Translations under genes and position numbers: made by a program
Shown: piece after piece, positions 48,368 through 62,199 of the stretch
Numbering within the stretch: position 1 is the stretch's first letter
Layout of the letters: each line of letters begins with the position of its first letter
The notes under the pieces: generated by a model
Database searches by the model: none
What the model was told of the DNA's origin: nothing
The model's input: only the letters and a program-made list of their open reading frames with translations
From: Mobula hypostoma
Taxonomy: Eukaryota
DNA: 64,000 bases
Direction: 5' to 3'
Assembly: GCF_963921235.1 (NCBI RefSeq)
Contig: NC_086106.1
Location: 24,862,001 to 24,926,000 of the forward strand

Positions 48368-50290
48368 AACCATATAACCATATAACAATTACAGTACGGA
48401 AACAGGTCATTTCGGCACTTCTAGTCCGTGCCGGACTCTTACTCTCACCTAGTCCCACCGACCTGGACTAAGCCCATAACCCTCCATTCCTTTCCTGCCA
48501 ATATAACTGTCCAGTTGAACTTTAAACCACAACATCGAACTTGCTTCAACCACTTCCGCTGGAAGCTCGTCCGACACAGCTACCACTCTCTGAGGAAAGA
48601 AGTTCCCCCTCATGTTACCCCAGAACTTTTGTCCTCTATCTGTCAACTCGTGTCCTCTTGTTTGAATCTCCCCCACTCTCAATAGAAACAATCCTATCCA
48701 CGTCAACTCTATCTATCCGCCTCATAATTTTAAATACCTCTATCAAGTCCCCCCTCAACCTTCTACGTTTTAAAGAATAAAGACCCAACTTCTTCAACCT
48801 TTCTTTGTAACATAGGTGACGAAACCAAGGTAAAATTCTTGCAAATCTTCTCTGTACTCTCTCCATTTTGTTGACATTTTTCATATAATTCGGTGACCAG
48901 AACTGTACACAATACTCCAAATTTGGCCTCTAACAATGCCTTGTACAATTTCAACATTATGTTCCAACACTGATACTCAATGCTCGGATTTATAAAGGCC
49001 AGCATAGGAAAAGCTTTCTTCACCACCCTATCCACATGAGATTCCACCTTCAGGGATCTATGCACCATTATTCCTAGATTTCTCTGTTCCACCTCATTCT
49101 TCAATGCCCTACCATTTACCATGTGCTTCCTATTTTGATTAGTCCTACCAAAATGTAGCACCTCACATTTATCAGCATTAAACTCCATCCGCCATCTTTC
49201 AGCCCACTCTTCTAACTGGCCTAAATCTCTTTGCAAGCTTTGAAAACCTACTTCATTATCCACAACTCCACCTAGCTTCGTATCATCTGCATACTTACTC
49301 ATCCAATTTACCACCGCATCATCAGATCATTAATGTATATGACAAACAACAATGGAACCAATACAGATCCCTAAGGCACACCACTAGTCACTGGCCTCCA
49401 ATCTGACAAACAGTTATCCACCACTACTCTCTGGTGTCTTCCATCCAGCCACTGTTGAATCGTTTTTACTACTGCAATATCAACATCTAACGATTGAACA
49501 TACCTAACTAACCTTCCGTGCGGAAACTTGTCAACGGCCTTACTTCGGTCCATATAGACAACATCCACCGTTTTACACTCGTCAACTTTCCTAGTAACCT
49601 CTTCAAAAAGTTCAATAAGATTTGTCAAACATGACCTTCCACGCTCAAATCCTAATGAGACCCTGTCTATCCAGATAATTACATATACCATCTCGAAGAA
49701 TACATTACATCAATTTTCCCACCACTGACGTCAAACTCACAGGCCGACAATTGCTAGGTTTACTCTTAGAAACCTTTTTAAACAATGGAACAACACGAGC
49801 AATGCGCCAATCCTCCGGCACATCCCCGTTTATAATGGCATATGAAATACTTCTGTCAGAACCCCTGCTATTTCCACAAAAAGAAACTTCCCTGAAGGTC
49901 CGAGGGAATATCTTGTCAGGACCCAGAAACTTATCCACTTTTATATTCCTTAAAAGCTCCAGTATTTCTTCTTCTTTAATCACCATAGCTATCATAACAT
50001 CCCTACCTGTTTTCCTTACCTCACACAATTCTATATCCTTCTCCTTAGTGAATAACGAAGAAAGGAAATTGTTCAGAATTTCCCCCATGTCTTTTGGCTC
50101 CACACATAGCTGTCCACTCTGATTCTCAAAGGGACCATATTTAACATTAACTATCTTATTGCTATTAATATAACTGTAGAAGCCTTTGGGATTTATGTTC
50201 ACCTTACTTGCCAAAGCAAAGTCATATATTCTTTTAGCTTTTCTAATTCATTTCTAAAGCTTTTTTCTTTTTTTTTTCCATTCTTTATAT
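48368..50290 (-). mobile_element. CR1 LINE ORF2 (5'-truncated)
   Basis: SKYADD, EYCVQFWSP, RGRSCLTNL and YINSNKIV; (CCATATAA) tail. Confidence 0.9.
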
Positions 50291-52468
50291 TCCTCAATTA
50301 GGTTCCGGAAAAATCAGGGTTGTCAGTGGTTTCTGGGGTTGCGCAGTTCGAAGGGCTGGAGTGGGTTATTCTGCGCTACATCATGAAATAAACAACTAAA
50401 TACACCTTGCAAGCAATTAGAACAACATTTACTCATGAAGACATATGGTACGTAAATAGGTGCATAATCGATTGCCAACCAGGCAACAATACTGAATGTA
50501 TTTTCTCTAGGAACACTCAAATTCCATTTTGATTTTTTTCGCTTCCAAACTGGGAATTTTATTTTTAACTCAATAGCCAATCGGAATCTTACTCTGGGAG
50601 AAAGATCCCGAAGCCGGCAAAAAACTACTGTGGTGCCGATGAACACGGAATCGGCTAGAAGCTGCCAACATAGATAGTGAGTGTTTAATGAGGAGAGGCC
50701 GCAGTAGTTTTCAGAAAAAAAAACACTTGCCAATACTATCACAAAAACAGTGAGAGATCAAACCATATGATACTGGTTACTCTGAAGTTTTTCTGCAGAT
50801 ATGACGCGTATTCAATTCGCACAGTTGCTTGGAAAGAGATTGCACTTTCTTCCCGGACCACCTGAGATTTATGTCGGATGCTCCGGTTTTCTTCCAACAA
50901 CCCGAAGTCCCGTAGGATTTGATAGGCTGATTGGTAGTTCTAAAATATAGCGTGATTATGTTAGGATAAAATCCCGTAATTGCCGGGCTGCGTACCTCGA
51001 TGTGCAGAAAGGGCAAATTCCTCACTGTGGATCCAAACATAAATACATATTCAATCGGGAAATCCAAAATAAGTAAATAAATACGAATTGGTTTTCCCTG
51101 CAAATTTTATAGTCGGTGCGAAGTCGGCATGAATTTGTATTGTTAAGAAATTTATCCAAAGCTTAACGAATGGCAAATAATTTCAATTCAATGCTTACGC
51201 TATTTGTATTTTTGCAGAAGCGATGAAACTGAATACAATGCATACCGGGAGCTCTTTCAAAACTTGCATAGATTGGTTAATCCCTCTCGGGTGAAGAGGT
51301 GAAACACAATTTCTCTGCAACAACATATACTATTACACGTACCTTATTTTGTCATTTTTAAATTAATTTCTGCCCAGTGTTTACAGTGAATGTGCAAGAG
51401 AGTGAGTGTGGTCATGGTGCAATTATTGCGTTACAGTCTTGAGAGTCCAAGTCATGCATCGTAAATCTGTTAACTGCAGGTAACGGTTGAGTTTGCGACA
51501 GGCTTTCGATTTCCAATGTCCTTCTTAATCTTACCTTTGTGTACGTCTTGAATGTTGAGCGCCGATTACATAATATGAACAGAGGGATGCAATGAGAATA
51601 TTGTCTTCTGCAAGATCATTTTGAAAATTTCAGTAATAAAACCAGAAAGTACCGGATCCACGATATTATTCGGAAGGAATGTGATACTCCAGAGGGTACA
51701 GGTGATCAAGCAGTAAAGCTCGCCTGACTGGAAGTGCGAGTGACCGTCGATTTAAAGATCGCCTTGGAATCTTCCTGAATAGTCTCATCCTCCTAGGGTA
51801 GTTGAGTCATTATAGCAGTGGCAGAATGAGACGTAGTATCTGCTGAATTGTTTTAAACGCCATTATTAAGTTATTTGTTTGCTTTCTTGGTTACTTATCC
51901 TTTTCTCTTTAGTTACAGAGCCATCAGTCTGTTCGCCTGTGCCATAATTTGTTACTTTTTTTTTATCTTTCTATTTATGTACTTAACATTAGTTTATGTG
52001 TTTGGATATTTATCTATTTATGTTATTAATCCAGTAAGTGTGTTTCTTATTTGTTACTTATCTGATAATTATATATTTATGTATAATTTATTCCAACGAG
52101 GCGGTATTCTTTGAGTATAAAGCCATACCATGCTGACCACAATTTATAACTCATACACGCACCCTTTTGGGTGTCTGGGGAATAGATAAATTCTACTTGG
52201 TAGATCAAAGCCGCAAGTTGCCTTAATTGTTTACTCAGAATTAACTTGAAGGCATTTTCCAGCTGACCGACAGATTTTTCAATCTAAAAAAAACACAGCA
52301 AAGCAAGAAATGTAAGATTGCAGCATTTTGATGAAAATTAAATAATTCATTCTAAGTTGAGGGAAGTTATTCAGTTCCAGCCTGAGTTCAATTCACCATT
52401 TGATACCTTATTTCATAGGGCCGCTGTCATTTACTGATCCAAATATTTTCACCACTTGCTCGTTGTCA

Positions 52469-54345
52469 TAGATTAGATTAGATTAGATTTAACTTTATTG
52501 TCATTGTTCCGAGTACAGATACAAAGCCAATGAAATGCAGTTACCATCTGACCAGAAATGCAAAGAATAGTATTACTTGGAAAACAACTGCGAATAAAAC
52601 GTAAGTGCTCCATCACACAAATATAAAAGTATTGAGACAGTACAATATGGGTGCATTGCTGCTTAGCGCTGTGATGTGAAGGTCAGCAGGGTAACAGCCT
52701 CAGGGAAGAAGCTCTTCCTGTGCCTGCAGGTGCGGGAGCGGAGGGTCCTGTAGCGCCTATCGAATGGGAGGAGCGTAAAAAGTCCCTGGCTAGGGTGAGA
52801 TGCTTCCATGATCATATTTTTTGCCCTGCACAGGCAGCGTTTGTGGTGAATATGCTCAATGGTGGGAAATTGGGTGCTGATAATCCGCTGGGCAGTTTTC
52901 ACCACGGGCTGGAGTGCTTTGCGGTCCGATACGAGACAATTGCCATGCCACACAGAAATGCTGTTGGTCGGTATTCTCTCAATGGTACAGGGTTAAAAGT
53001 CCGTCAGTATCCAGGGCCAGAGTTGAGCTTTCTTGATGCTCCGCAGGAAATAAGGCGCTGTTGCGCCTTTTTGATCAGGATGGAGGAGTTCAGGGACCAG
53101 CTGAGATCCTCGGAAATGTGGACACCCAGGAATTTGAAGCTTGATATACGCTCCACTAAAGATCCGATGGGGAGGTGAGTGTGGCTCCTAGCACGCCTAA
53201 AGTCCGCAATGATCTCCTTAGTCTTCTGGGTGTTGAGGGCCAGGATGTTGTCGGCACACTACGCAGCCAGGTGCCGGATCTCGTCCCTGTAGGCCATCTC
53301 GTGATGCTCTGTGATCAGGGCTAACACCGTGGCGTCTCCTGCGATCTAGATTATGGAGTTAGAACCATGTACAGGAACGCAGTCATTGGTGAAAAGGGAG
53401 TACAGAAGAGGGCTCAGCACATATCCTTGAAGCACGCCAGTGTTCAAGGTGAGAGTGGAGGAGGAGAGGTTGTCTAACTTAACTGATTGGGGTCGGTTAG
53501 TCAGAAAATCCAAGGACCAGTTACAGAGGGATGAGTTGATACGAAGCTGGCAAAGTTTGGCGATCAGCTTGGAGAGGATCACAGTATTGAATGCTGAACT
53601 AAAGTCAATGGACAGCATTCTCACGTAGGAGTCGTGGTTTTCCAGGCGCGTCAGTACAGAGTGAAATGCTTTGGAGATGGCGTCCTCTGTAGACCTGTTG
53701 GTGCGATAGGCAAATTGATGGGGGTCCAGGGTAGCGGGAAGACAGGATTTCAGATGTGATAGAACCAGTCTGTCAAATCACTTTTCAATGATGGGGGTGA
53801 GTGCAACTGGACGGAAGTCATTCAGGCCCGTGGCAGTGGAATGCTTTCGGCACTGACACGATCGTGACGTTCTTGAAGCTTGTGGGGACAACTGTCTGGG
53901 CCAGGAACAGATTAAAATGTCCGTGAAGACCTCTGCCAGCTGCTCTGCACAGACTCTGAGCATACGGCCAGGTATTCCATCCGGACCAGTTGCCGTCTGT
54001 ACGTTCACCCTGCTCAGTGTGGCGCAAACTTAGAAGGTGGAAAGTGGGAGAGGCAGTTCATCAGGTGGGAGATCCGGTTTGAAGGTGACCTCCTTCTTTT
54101 CTCGTTCAAAGCGTAGAAGTATTTGAGCTCATCAGGGAGGGAAGCGGAGCCTGAAGGGGGCTCAGTACTAGGTGGTTTGAAGTCTGTAATGATCTGTATG
54201 CCATGCCACATGCGCCGGGGGTGCGAGGAGTTGAAATGTTCCTCGATTCTCTGTTTATATATGTGTTTAGCCTGAGAGATTTCCCTCCTCAGGTTGGCCC
54301 TGACTGAGCTGTAAGCCTCCCGGTCTCCAGAAATGAAGGCTGAAT
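52469..54345 (-). mobile_element. Rex-Babar LINE RT
   Basis: [33 protein letters not shown]; GPDGIPGRML; (ATCTA) tail. Confidence 0.88.
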
Positions 54346-55869
54346 CTGATGCTAATAGATGATGGAATACTGACTTGCTCTAACTTTATCCACATATTAA
54401 ACATGTTTTCCTGTGTTGAGAGTTCTTGGGATAGAATGATTCCGCAAAACAGAAAATGATACAGTCATGAGGCACATTTTAGAAGTTCCTTCTTTTTTTT
54501 TCATTTTCCATATCTGCCTGAATTTATTCCCTACGTGAAATGATACATGCTAATGTATGTATTAAAGTTGCACCATCATCGTCATGTTGGAGTCATTAAA
54601 GGAGAGAAAGGAACAAATATTTCTGCGAAAACATTCTCATAAGCCCTACTAATATTAAACTAAGTTCAATTTATTAGCTAATCCACTGTTTATTCTGCAG
54701 AGCTCGTTAAGAATTATTTTTCATATTCGGATGTCCGTTGCATTGTGGCGCTCGTTCTGCATATTACACTGGTTTGTAACAGATTGGAACAGATTATCGG
54801 GAATATGATGAAGAGCAGGAACTATTCTTCGCACTGCACAGATGCTGTCTGACCTTGCGGATGTTTGTTTCAACTTCACTTTCCTTTCTGATACTGTTGA
54901 CACGGTATGTTGCTTTTGCAAGAAATTTACATTGAAGTCTACAGCGCCACTAACTTTGAACGCGTTGTAGTAAACGTCATCATGCGGTGCCCTTGAACGG
55001 GATCCTATTCAGAGATGTACAAAGAATCAAACACATAAAATTCCTGGAATTCGTCATAAAGAATGTCCCTCAGAACATACCGTTTGTCACTTTACAGGAA
55101 CAAATTGATCCCATTCCCTTCGACGTCTGTTCATTTTTGACATCATATGCACAGTATAAAGATCGGAGTTTTTTCAATAAATTATTTCATATTCAGGTGA
55201 AAAAGTTTTTGCATCAAAGTATGATGATATGTGAGATATTGCAGATCCAGGCGTGGTGGAGTGTACTTTGCAAGTCCATGTTTTCGAGAGCGTCACAGTT
55301 TGAAATCATCATCTGTTTCGGTGTTTCCTGATAGTCAAACAATCGAGGATTGCCTTCTGCATTTGCATTTATCCACTATGCCTCTCTTAATGTGGATTTT
55401 CTTTACTTCCCATACGACAATATTTTACGATAATTTAAAAAAAGGTGGTATTCTTGCCGATTATGAACTACACACACAACGGCCCAAGGCCAAGACCTTG
55501 CATTCCACTGTTCCCAAAATGCGAGATTTGCTCTTTAATGTCTGCGATTTGAGAGTCATTAATCAAAACATGTGGAAAACATCCACTGGAAGGGTACGAC
55601 AGCCTACCCTGCTGAACAGTCGCAAGATACAAGATGTCGTTTTGTTTTTATCTGTTTATTTCTGAGTCTCGACCTCAGAAAATAGGTGCGTGACGAATTA
55701 ATTTTAATTAGGTGGAAAATTTGCTGCTTAATCTCAACATTTTGGGCAAAGACATATTGTTTTATATCATTACGTTTCTGTCTACGTATATCCATCGATC
55801 CTTTATATCGATCAGCTTGATCATCGGGAGTTTGCAGGCGAGGTTTACGAGAGAAAAGTGCTTCATTAT

Positions 55870-57399
55870 AACACTATACACTTTAAAGTTTATGTACTAT
55901 CGACCTGATTCAGCGTCTCTAATTCGGTAAAATATTGGAGCAGATTCTTTGTAACAAATTGCATCAGGGTTAATAATATTTACACTGTGCACATAAACAA
56001 CACATTGTAGAACATTTTATGCTTGTGCTTTCCTTCACAACTGCCGAGTAATCTCTCCCCACGTCGTCAGCGTTAACATTGTAATCTGTATCTCCTAAAA
56101 AAAAACCTTCATCCTGTTGGCGTCGTCGTCGTCGCTGTTGTTGCTGTTGTTGGTTAATATCCAGGGAAAGTGAAAACTCATGAATTGTACTATTGCTGAG
56201 AATCCAGTAGTAATGGATGAGTGAAATTTCCTTCAGGGTCATTTATTTATTTTTTTTCCTTGTCTGCTCTTCCAAACTAAGAGATACTCCGACTGGTGGC
56301 AAAGAGAAACCCCACGGAATGCCTGTTTCGGTCTAACAATGTTTATTCCTCTAAAGTCGACAAGACTTTAACTTACAGAATAGTTCCAGACTTCCCTTGA
56401 AATGATGCAGTTCTGTCTGTTCACTATATTTGGGTTCAGTGTGGTTGAGGACACGGAGGTATACGACAGCATCGAGGCCTTTTGAATTTTTAACTCCACG
56501 CTCTCATAAACACAAAGACAATGCAAAGCAGATTGAGTTGTTAGCACCGCTGCTTCTTTGAACACTCTTGCTCTAATTCAATGCTGATATTCAAGTGAAC
56601 GGATTATACCGTGTACATATGGGTATATAACGATTGGTTATAATCAGATGCCACTATTGTAATCACTGAATTTTAGAGGTAGTGGAGTATAAGAGCGGGA
56701 TAAGTAGCAGAATAAGATTCTCCCAATCATCTCAATTGTGGGTTGATGGCAGTTTTTCACTACCAGTTCAAAAGTGGACAGCTCATTGCGACACGACTAG
56801 GTTGTGATCAGAATTGTCGATCTGCTTCAACCCATGATGTTCTCATAGTCGTGGATTGCTTTTCCGGTGCCTACCAGATGATCAGGGTAAATCTACTAAA
56901 AATGTCGTGGCCATGGGCATTCAACTCTTATTTTGGAAGAGCAGACAAGGAAAAAAATAATAAATGACCCTGAAGGAAATTTCACTCATCCATTCCTACT
57001 GGATCCTCAGCAATAGTGCAATTCATGAGTTTCCACTTTCCCTGGATATTAACCAACAACAACAACAGCAGCAGCGACGACGGCGACGACGACGACGGCA
57101 ACATGATGAAGTTTTTTTTTAGGAGATGCAGATTACAATTTTAATGCTGACGACGTGGGGTGAGATTAGTCGACAGTTGTGAAGGAAAGCACCGGCATAA
57201 AATGTTCAACGATGTGTTGTTGTTGTTGTTTTTTTGTTTTGTTTTTTGTTTTTTGTTTTTTGTTTTTTTGTTTTTTGTGCACAGTGTAAAGTTTATTAAC
57301 CGTGATGCAATTTGTTACAAATAATCTGCTCTAATATTTTACGGAATTAGAGACACTGAAGCAGGTCGATAGTTCATAAACTTTAAAGTGAACAGTGTT
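55870..57399. repeat. Inverted duplication: arms 55870-56283 and 56925-57399, unique spacer of about 640 bp
   Basis: Arms are reverse complements throughout (e.g. gggtcatttatt / taaatgaccc); triplet microsatellite in both arms; (TTTTG)n expanded only in the right arm. Confidence 0.9.
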
Positions 57400-59001
57400 G
57401 CAAGGAAAATAATCAATAAACGCTAAGCCTAATTGGAATGTTAACTAAAACTCAGTAATGGGAAACGAGGCCAACACTGCGGCTGAAAAAGAAATCTAAA
57501 CATTAGCAGAATGCCGCTTGTCGTCAGAGCCAGTTGACTCGAACGTCCAATTTCTCAGAAAAGAGCGAATGCAAACAGGCAGCGAAGCTTTGCTGTAGTC
57601 TGTCCAAGTCTCGGTAAGCACTAGGATGACAAGTATGGAGTGAAATACTATCAGGTCTAAATTATAATCTAGAATACCCCAGTGGCTGTGCCCCTTGACA
57701 ATAAGTACTCCTGTTTGAGTACTGTTGCTGGGGGGCGGGAGGCGGGAAACAGCTTACCTAGGGGAACCAACAGTGGCCGTGACTCCGGTACAGTGCCTGG
57801 CCCTGTAGCTCAGAAGGATAGGGAAAGGAAGACGAGGGCAGTAGTAGTAAGGGATTCGATACTTAAGGGGTCAGATAGGCGATTCTGTGGACGCAATAAG
57901 GACTCCCGGATATTAGTTTGCCTTCCTGGTGCCAGGGTCAGGGATGTCTCTAATCGCGTCCAAGATATCATGAAGTGGGAAGCTGATGAGCCAGAGATCG
58001 TGGTAGCAATAGATACCAATTACATAGGGAAGAAAATGGAAGAGGTCCTAAAACGAGAATATATGGAGTTAGGATGGGAGTTGAGAAAACGCACCGCAAA
58101 GGTAGTAATCTCGGGATTTATGCCCGTGACACGCGACAGTGTGATTAGGAATGGAATGCGGTGAAGGACAAATTAGTGGCAGAGAGATTTGAGCAGAGGT
58201 CAGGGATTCAAGTTTCTGGATCATTGGGACCTCTTTTGGCGCAGGTGTGACCTGCACAAAAAGGACCGGTTGCATTTGAATCCAGGCGGGTCAAATATCC
58301 TGGCAGGGAGATTTGCGAAGGATACTGGGGAGACTTGAAACTAGAATGCTTGGGGGGTGGGAAATAAATTGATGAGACGAGAAGAGAGGAGGTTAGTTCA
58401 TAAATAGGGGAAGCTAGTAGACTGTGTGTGAACGAGGATAGGCAGGGGACAGAGAACGGGAGCACTCAGACCGAAAATGTAGTCGAGAAGGGAGAAGAAG
58501 ATAACAAAGTTGTTGGCACCATTAGGGATAAACAGAGTGTAAGAAGTGGAGACTTTCTTAAATGCATCTGTTTTAAAGCTGAGGGCATTGTAAAAAAGGT
58601 GGATGAGCTGAGGGAATGGGTTGATAGCTGGAAATATGATGTTGTAACTGTTAGTGAAACATGGTTGCAGGAGGGGTGTGATTGGCAACTAAATATTCCT
58701 GGATTTCGTTGCTTCAGGTGTGATAGAATCCGAAGGAGCATGAGGGGCATGTATTGCATTGCTTGTCAAAGAAGATATTACAGCGGTGCTTTGGCAGGAT
58801 AGATTAGAGGACTCGTCTAAGGTGCCTATTTGGGTGGAAATGAGGAATGGGAAAGGTGTAATAAAGCTTGTACGGGTGTATTATAGACCACCTAATGGCG
58901 TGAGAGAATGGGAGGAGCAATTTGTAAGGAGATAGAAGATATTTGCAGTAAGCACAAGGCTAGAATTGTGGAAGATTTTAATTTTCCACTCATAGACTAG
59001 G

Positions 59002-59076
59002 TGTGGCGTGGTCCTGAATTACCCCTATGAACTGTGCTCGATTACTCCTATGAATTGTGATTTTGGATAGAGAGAG

Positions 59077-59134
<58 letters not shown>

Positions 59135-59911
59135 TTAGTTAACTCCAACAAAACTTGTCTTTAAGAGAGAGAGAGAGAGATGAAGACTGCTCATAGGTTG
59201 TTCATACCTTCTTCAAGGATATTTGCCTGCTTGTACATTTCTTACACAGGCAAAGGAAGGAGGAGTTATTTGAGAGACAGTTGAGGCTCAGCAAGGGAAG
59301 ATAAAAGAGAAGGTCAGATGATAGACCTCAGATACATGTTTTGGGACACTGAATGAGCTTTGTTGTGCCCGCAGAAAAAGTGGGATTTTGGAGGATCGAT
59401 CAGACTGATTGATCAATGGCTCTTGCAGTGGAAAGGAAAGGGCAGTGACCGGTGAGGAGTTGTCTCCGTGTCCACCCATGCCTGGTTGATAGTTCCACCA
59501 CAGAACACCGGTCCTCTTTGCTGTGGTCACAGTTGGTGACTTTTAAAATATTTCGGTGGAAGGCAAGAAGATCGACGGCGTTAGCTCACCCGCAAACTCC
59601 AATCTCTCTTTCTCTCTCTCTCTCCATCACTAATCAAATGAATACCACAAACTGAACTGAACTGAACTTCACTCATCATCGTAAGACTGTATTTTTTTAC
59701 CCCTAAACATGAAGAAGCTTGATTTTCATATATTTCCACACTTACTGATATACTTACTTATATATAATCATTACTAACATGTTTGGTTTATCTACATTTA
59801 TGTTACTGTATTGCATAGTTACTAAGAAATGTTATTAGGTAATAGCAATAATGGACTCCAAAGTATTTCCATCTCTGCTGGTTCTTTATTCCCGTCACGG
59901 GGTACGTCACA
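59002..59911 (+). mobile_element. Gypsy-type solo LTR with (GA)n
   Basis: TGTGG...GGGGTACGTCACA; flanks CTAGG/CTGGG; shares (AACTG)n and the 3' terminus with Gypsy-A LTRs. Confidence 0.75.
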
Positions 59912-60254
59912 CTGGGAAACCCATTCTGTAAAAGGGCTGGATGGTTTGGAGTTTGTAAAATGTGCGCAATATAGTTTTTTTTTTTTTGCAGCAATACCTA
60001 CAGGACAAACTAGAGAAGGGACAATGTTGGATCTCCCGTTGGGAAATGAGATTGTTCACGTGACGGAGGTATGCATTGGGTAGAACTTCGTGTCCAGTGA
60101 ACACACTGCCATTAGTTTCAATATCATTACAGAGATGGATAGGACTGGACCTAGGGCTGAGATTTTGATTGGAGAAAGGCTAACTTTGTGGAGATTCGAA
60201 ATGATTTACATAGAGTGGATTGGGACAATTTGTTTAATGGGAAGGATGTAATAG

Positions 60255-61365
60255 TAACATAGAAACATAGAAAATAGGTGCAGGAGTAGACCATTCGGCC
60301 CTTCCAGCCTGCATCACCATTTATTATGATCATGGCTGATCATCCAACTCAAAATCCTGCACCAGCCTTACCTCCATACCCCCTGATCCCCGTAGCCACA
60401 ATGGCCATATCTAACTCCCTCTTAAATATAGCCAATGAACTGGCCTCAACTGTTTCCTGTGGTAGAGAATTCCACAGATTCACCACTCTCTGTGTGGAGA
60501 AGTTTTTCGTAATCTCAGTCCTAAAAGGCTTCCCCTTTATCCTCCAACTGTGACCCCTCGTTATGGACTTCCCCAACATCGGCAACAATCTTCCTGCATC
60601 TAGCCTGTCCAATCCTTCTAGGATTTTATACGTTTCAATCAGATCCCCCCTCAATCTTCTAAATTCCAACGAGTAAAAGCCTAGTTCATCCAGTCTTTCT
60701 TCATATGAAAGACCTGCCATCCCAGGAATCAATCTGGTGAACCTTCTTTGTACTCCCTCCAGGGCAAGGATGTCTTTCCTCAGATTAGGGGACCAAAACT
60801 GCACACAATACTCCAGGTGTGGTCTCACCAAGGCCTTGTATAACTGCAGTAGTACCTCCCTGCTCCTGTACTCGAATCCTCTCGCTATAAATGCCAGCAT
60901 TCAATTCGCCTTTTTCACGGCCTGCTGTACCTGCATACCCACTTTCAATGACTGGTGTATAATGACACCCAGGTCTCGTTGCACATCCCCTTTTCCTAAT
61001 CGGCCACCATTCACATAATAATCGTTTTCCTATTTTTGCCACCAAAGTGGATAACTTCACATTTATCCACATTAAATTGCATCTGCCATGAATGTGCCCA
61101 CTCACCCAACCTATCCAAGTCACCCTACGTTCTCTTAGCATCCTCCTTATAGCTAACACTGCCACCCAGCTTCGTGTCATTCGCAAACTTGGAGATTCAT
61201 TTAATTCCCTCATCCAAGTCATTAATATATATTGTAAACAACTGGGGTCCCAGCACTGAGACTTGCGGTACCCCACTAGTCACCGCCTGCCATTCTGAAA
61301 AGGTCCCGTTTATTCCCACTCTTTGCTTCCTGTCTGCTAACCAATTCTCTATCCACATCAATACC
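60255..61365 (-). mobile_element. 5'-truncated CR1 inserted in CR1
   Basis: TSD TAATAG (60249-60254 / 61366-61371); ORF 60349-60900 nearly matches 31594-32121. Confidence 0.9.
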
Positions 61366-62199
61366 TAATAGAGAAATGGAGGTCATTTAAAGGTGAAATG
61401 TTGAGGGTACAGAATCTTTATGTTGCTGTTAGGTTGAAAGGAAAGGTTAACAGTTTGAGAAAGCCATGGTTTTCAAAGGATATTGGAAACTTGGTTCGGA
61501 AATATAAAAACAGAGAGATCCACAATAAATATAGGCAGCTTGTAGTAAATGAGGTGATCGAGGAATATAAAGAATGTAAAAAAAATCTTAAGAAACTAAT
61601 TAGAAAAGCTGGAAGAAGGTGTGAGGTTGCTTTGGTAAGTAATATGAAAATAAATCCAAAGGGCTTCTACAGTTATATTAATAGCAAAAGGATAGTCAGG
61701 GATAAAATTGGACCTTTAGAGATTCAGAGTGGACGGCTCTGTGCGGAGTCAAAAGTTTTGAACAATATATTTTCTTCGGTCTTCACTAAGGAGAAGGATA
61801 TTCAATTGTGCAAGGTACGGGAACCAAGGAGGGTGGTTATGAAATCTATTATGATTAAAGACGGGGAAGCACTGGCGCTTTTAAGGTATATAAAAGTGGA
61901 TAAGTCTCCGGGTGCTGACTGGATATTTCCTAGGACCTTGAGGGAAGTTAGTGTGGAAACAGCAAAGGCTCTGACAGAAATATTTCAAATGTCAGTAGAA
62001 ACGGGATGGTGCTGGAGGATTGGCGTATTTGTCATGTTGTTCCATTGTTTAAACACGGTTCTAAGTGTAAACCTAGCAATTATCGGCCTGTGAGTTTGAC
62101 GTCAGTGGTAGGTAAATTAATGGAAAGTATTCTTAGAGATGGTATATATAATTATCTGTATAGACAGGGCCTGATTAGGAACAGTCAACATGGATTTGT

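Noticed and set aside
54987-55665. Two overlapping ORFs (114 and 144 aa)
   Set aside because: No recognisable motif and no coherent exon structure; unsupported without a homology search
55970-56242. ORF with poly-Q/poly-R
   Set aside because: Produced by a triplet microsatellite in the inverted-repeat arm
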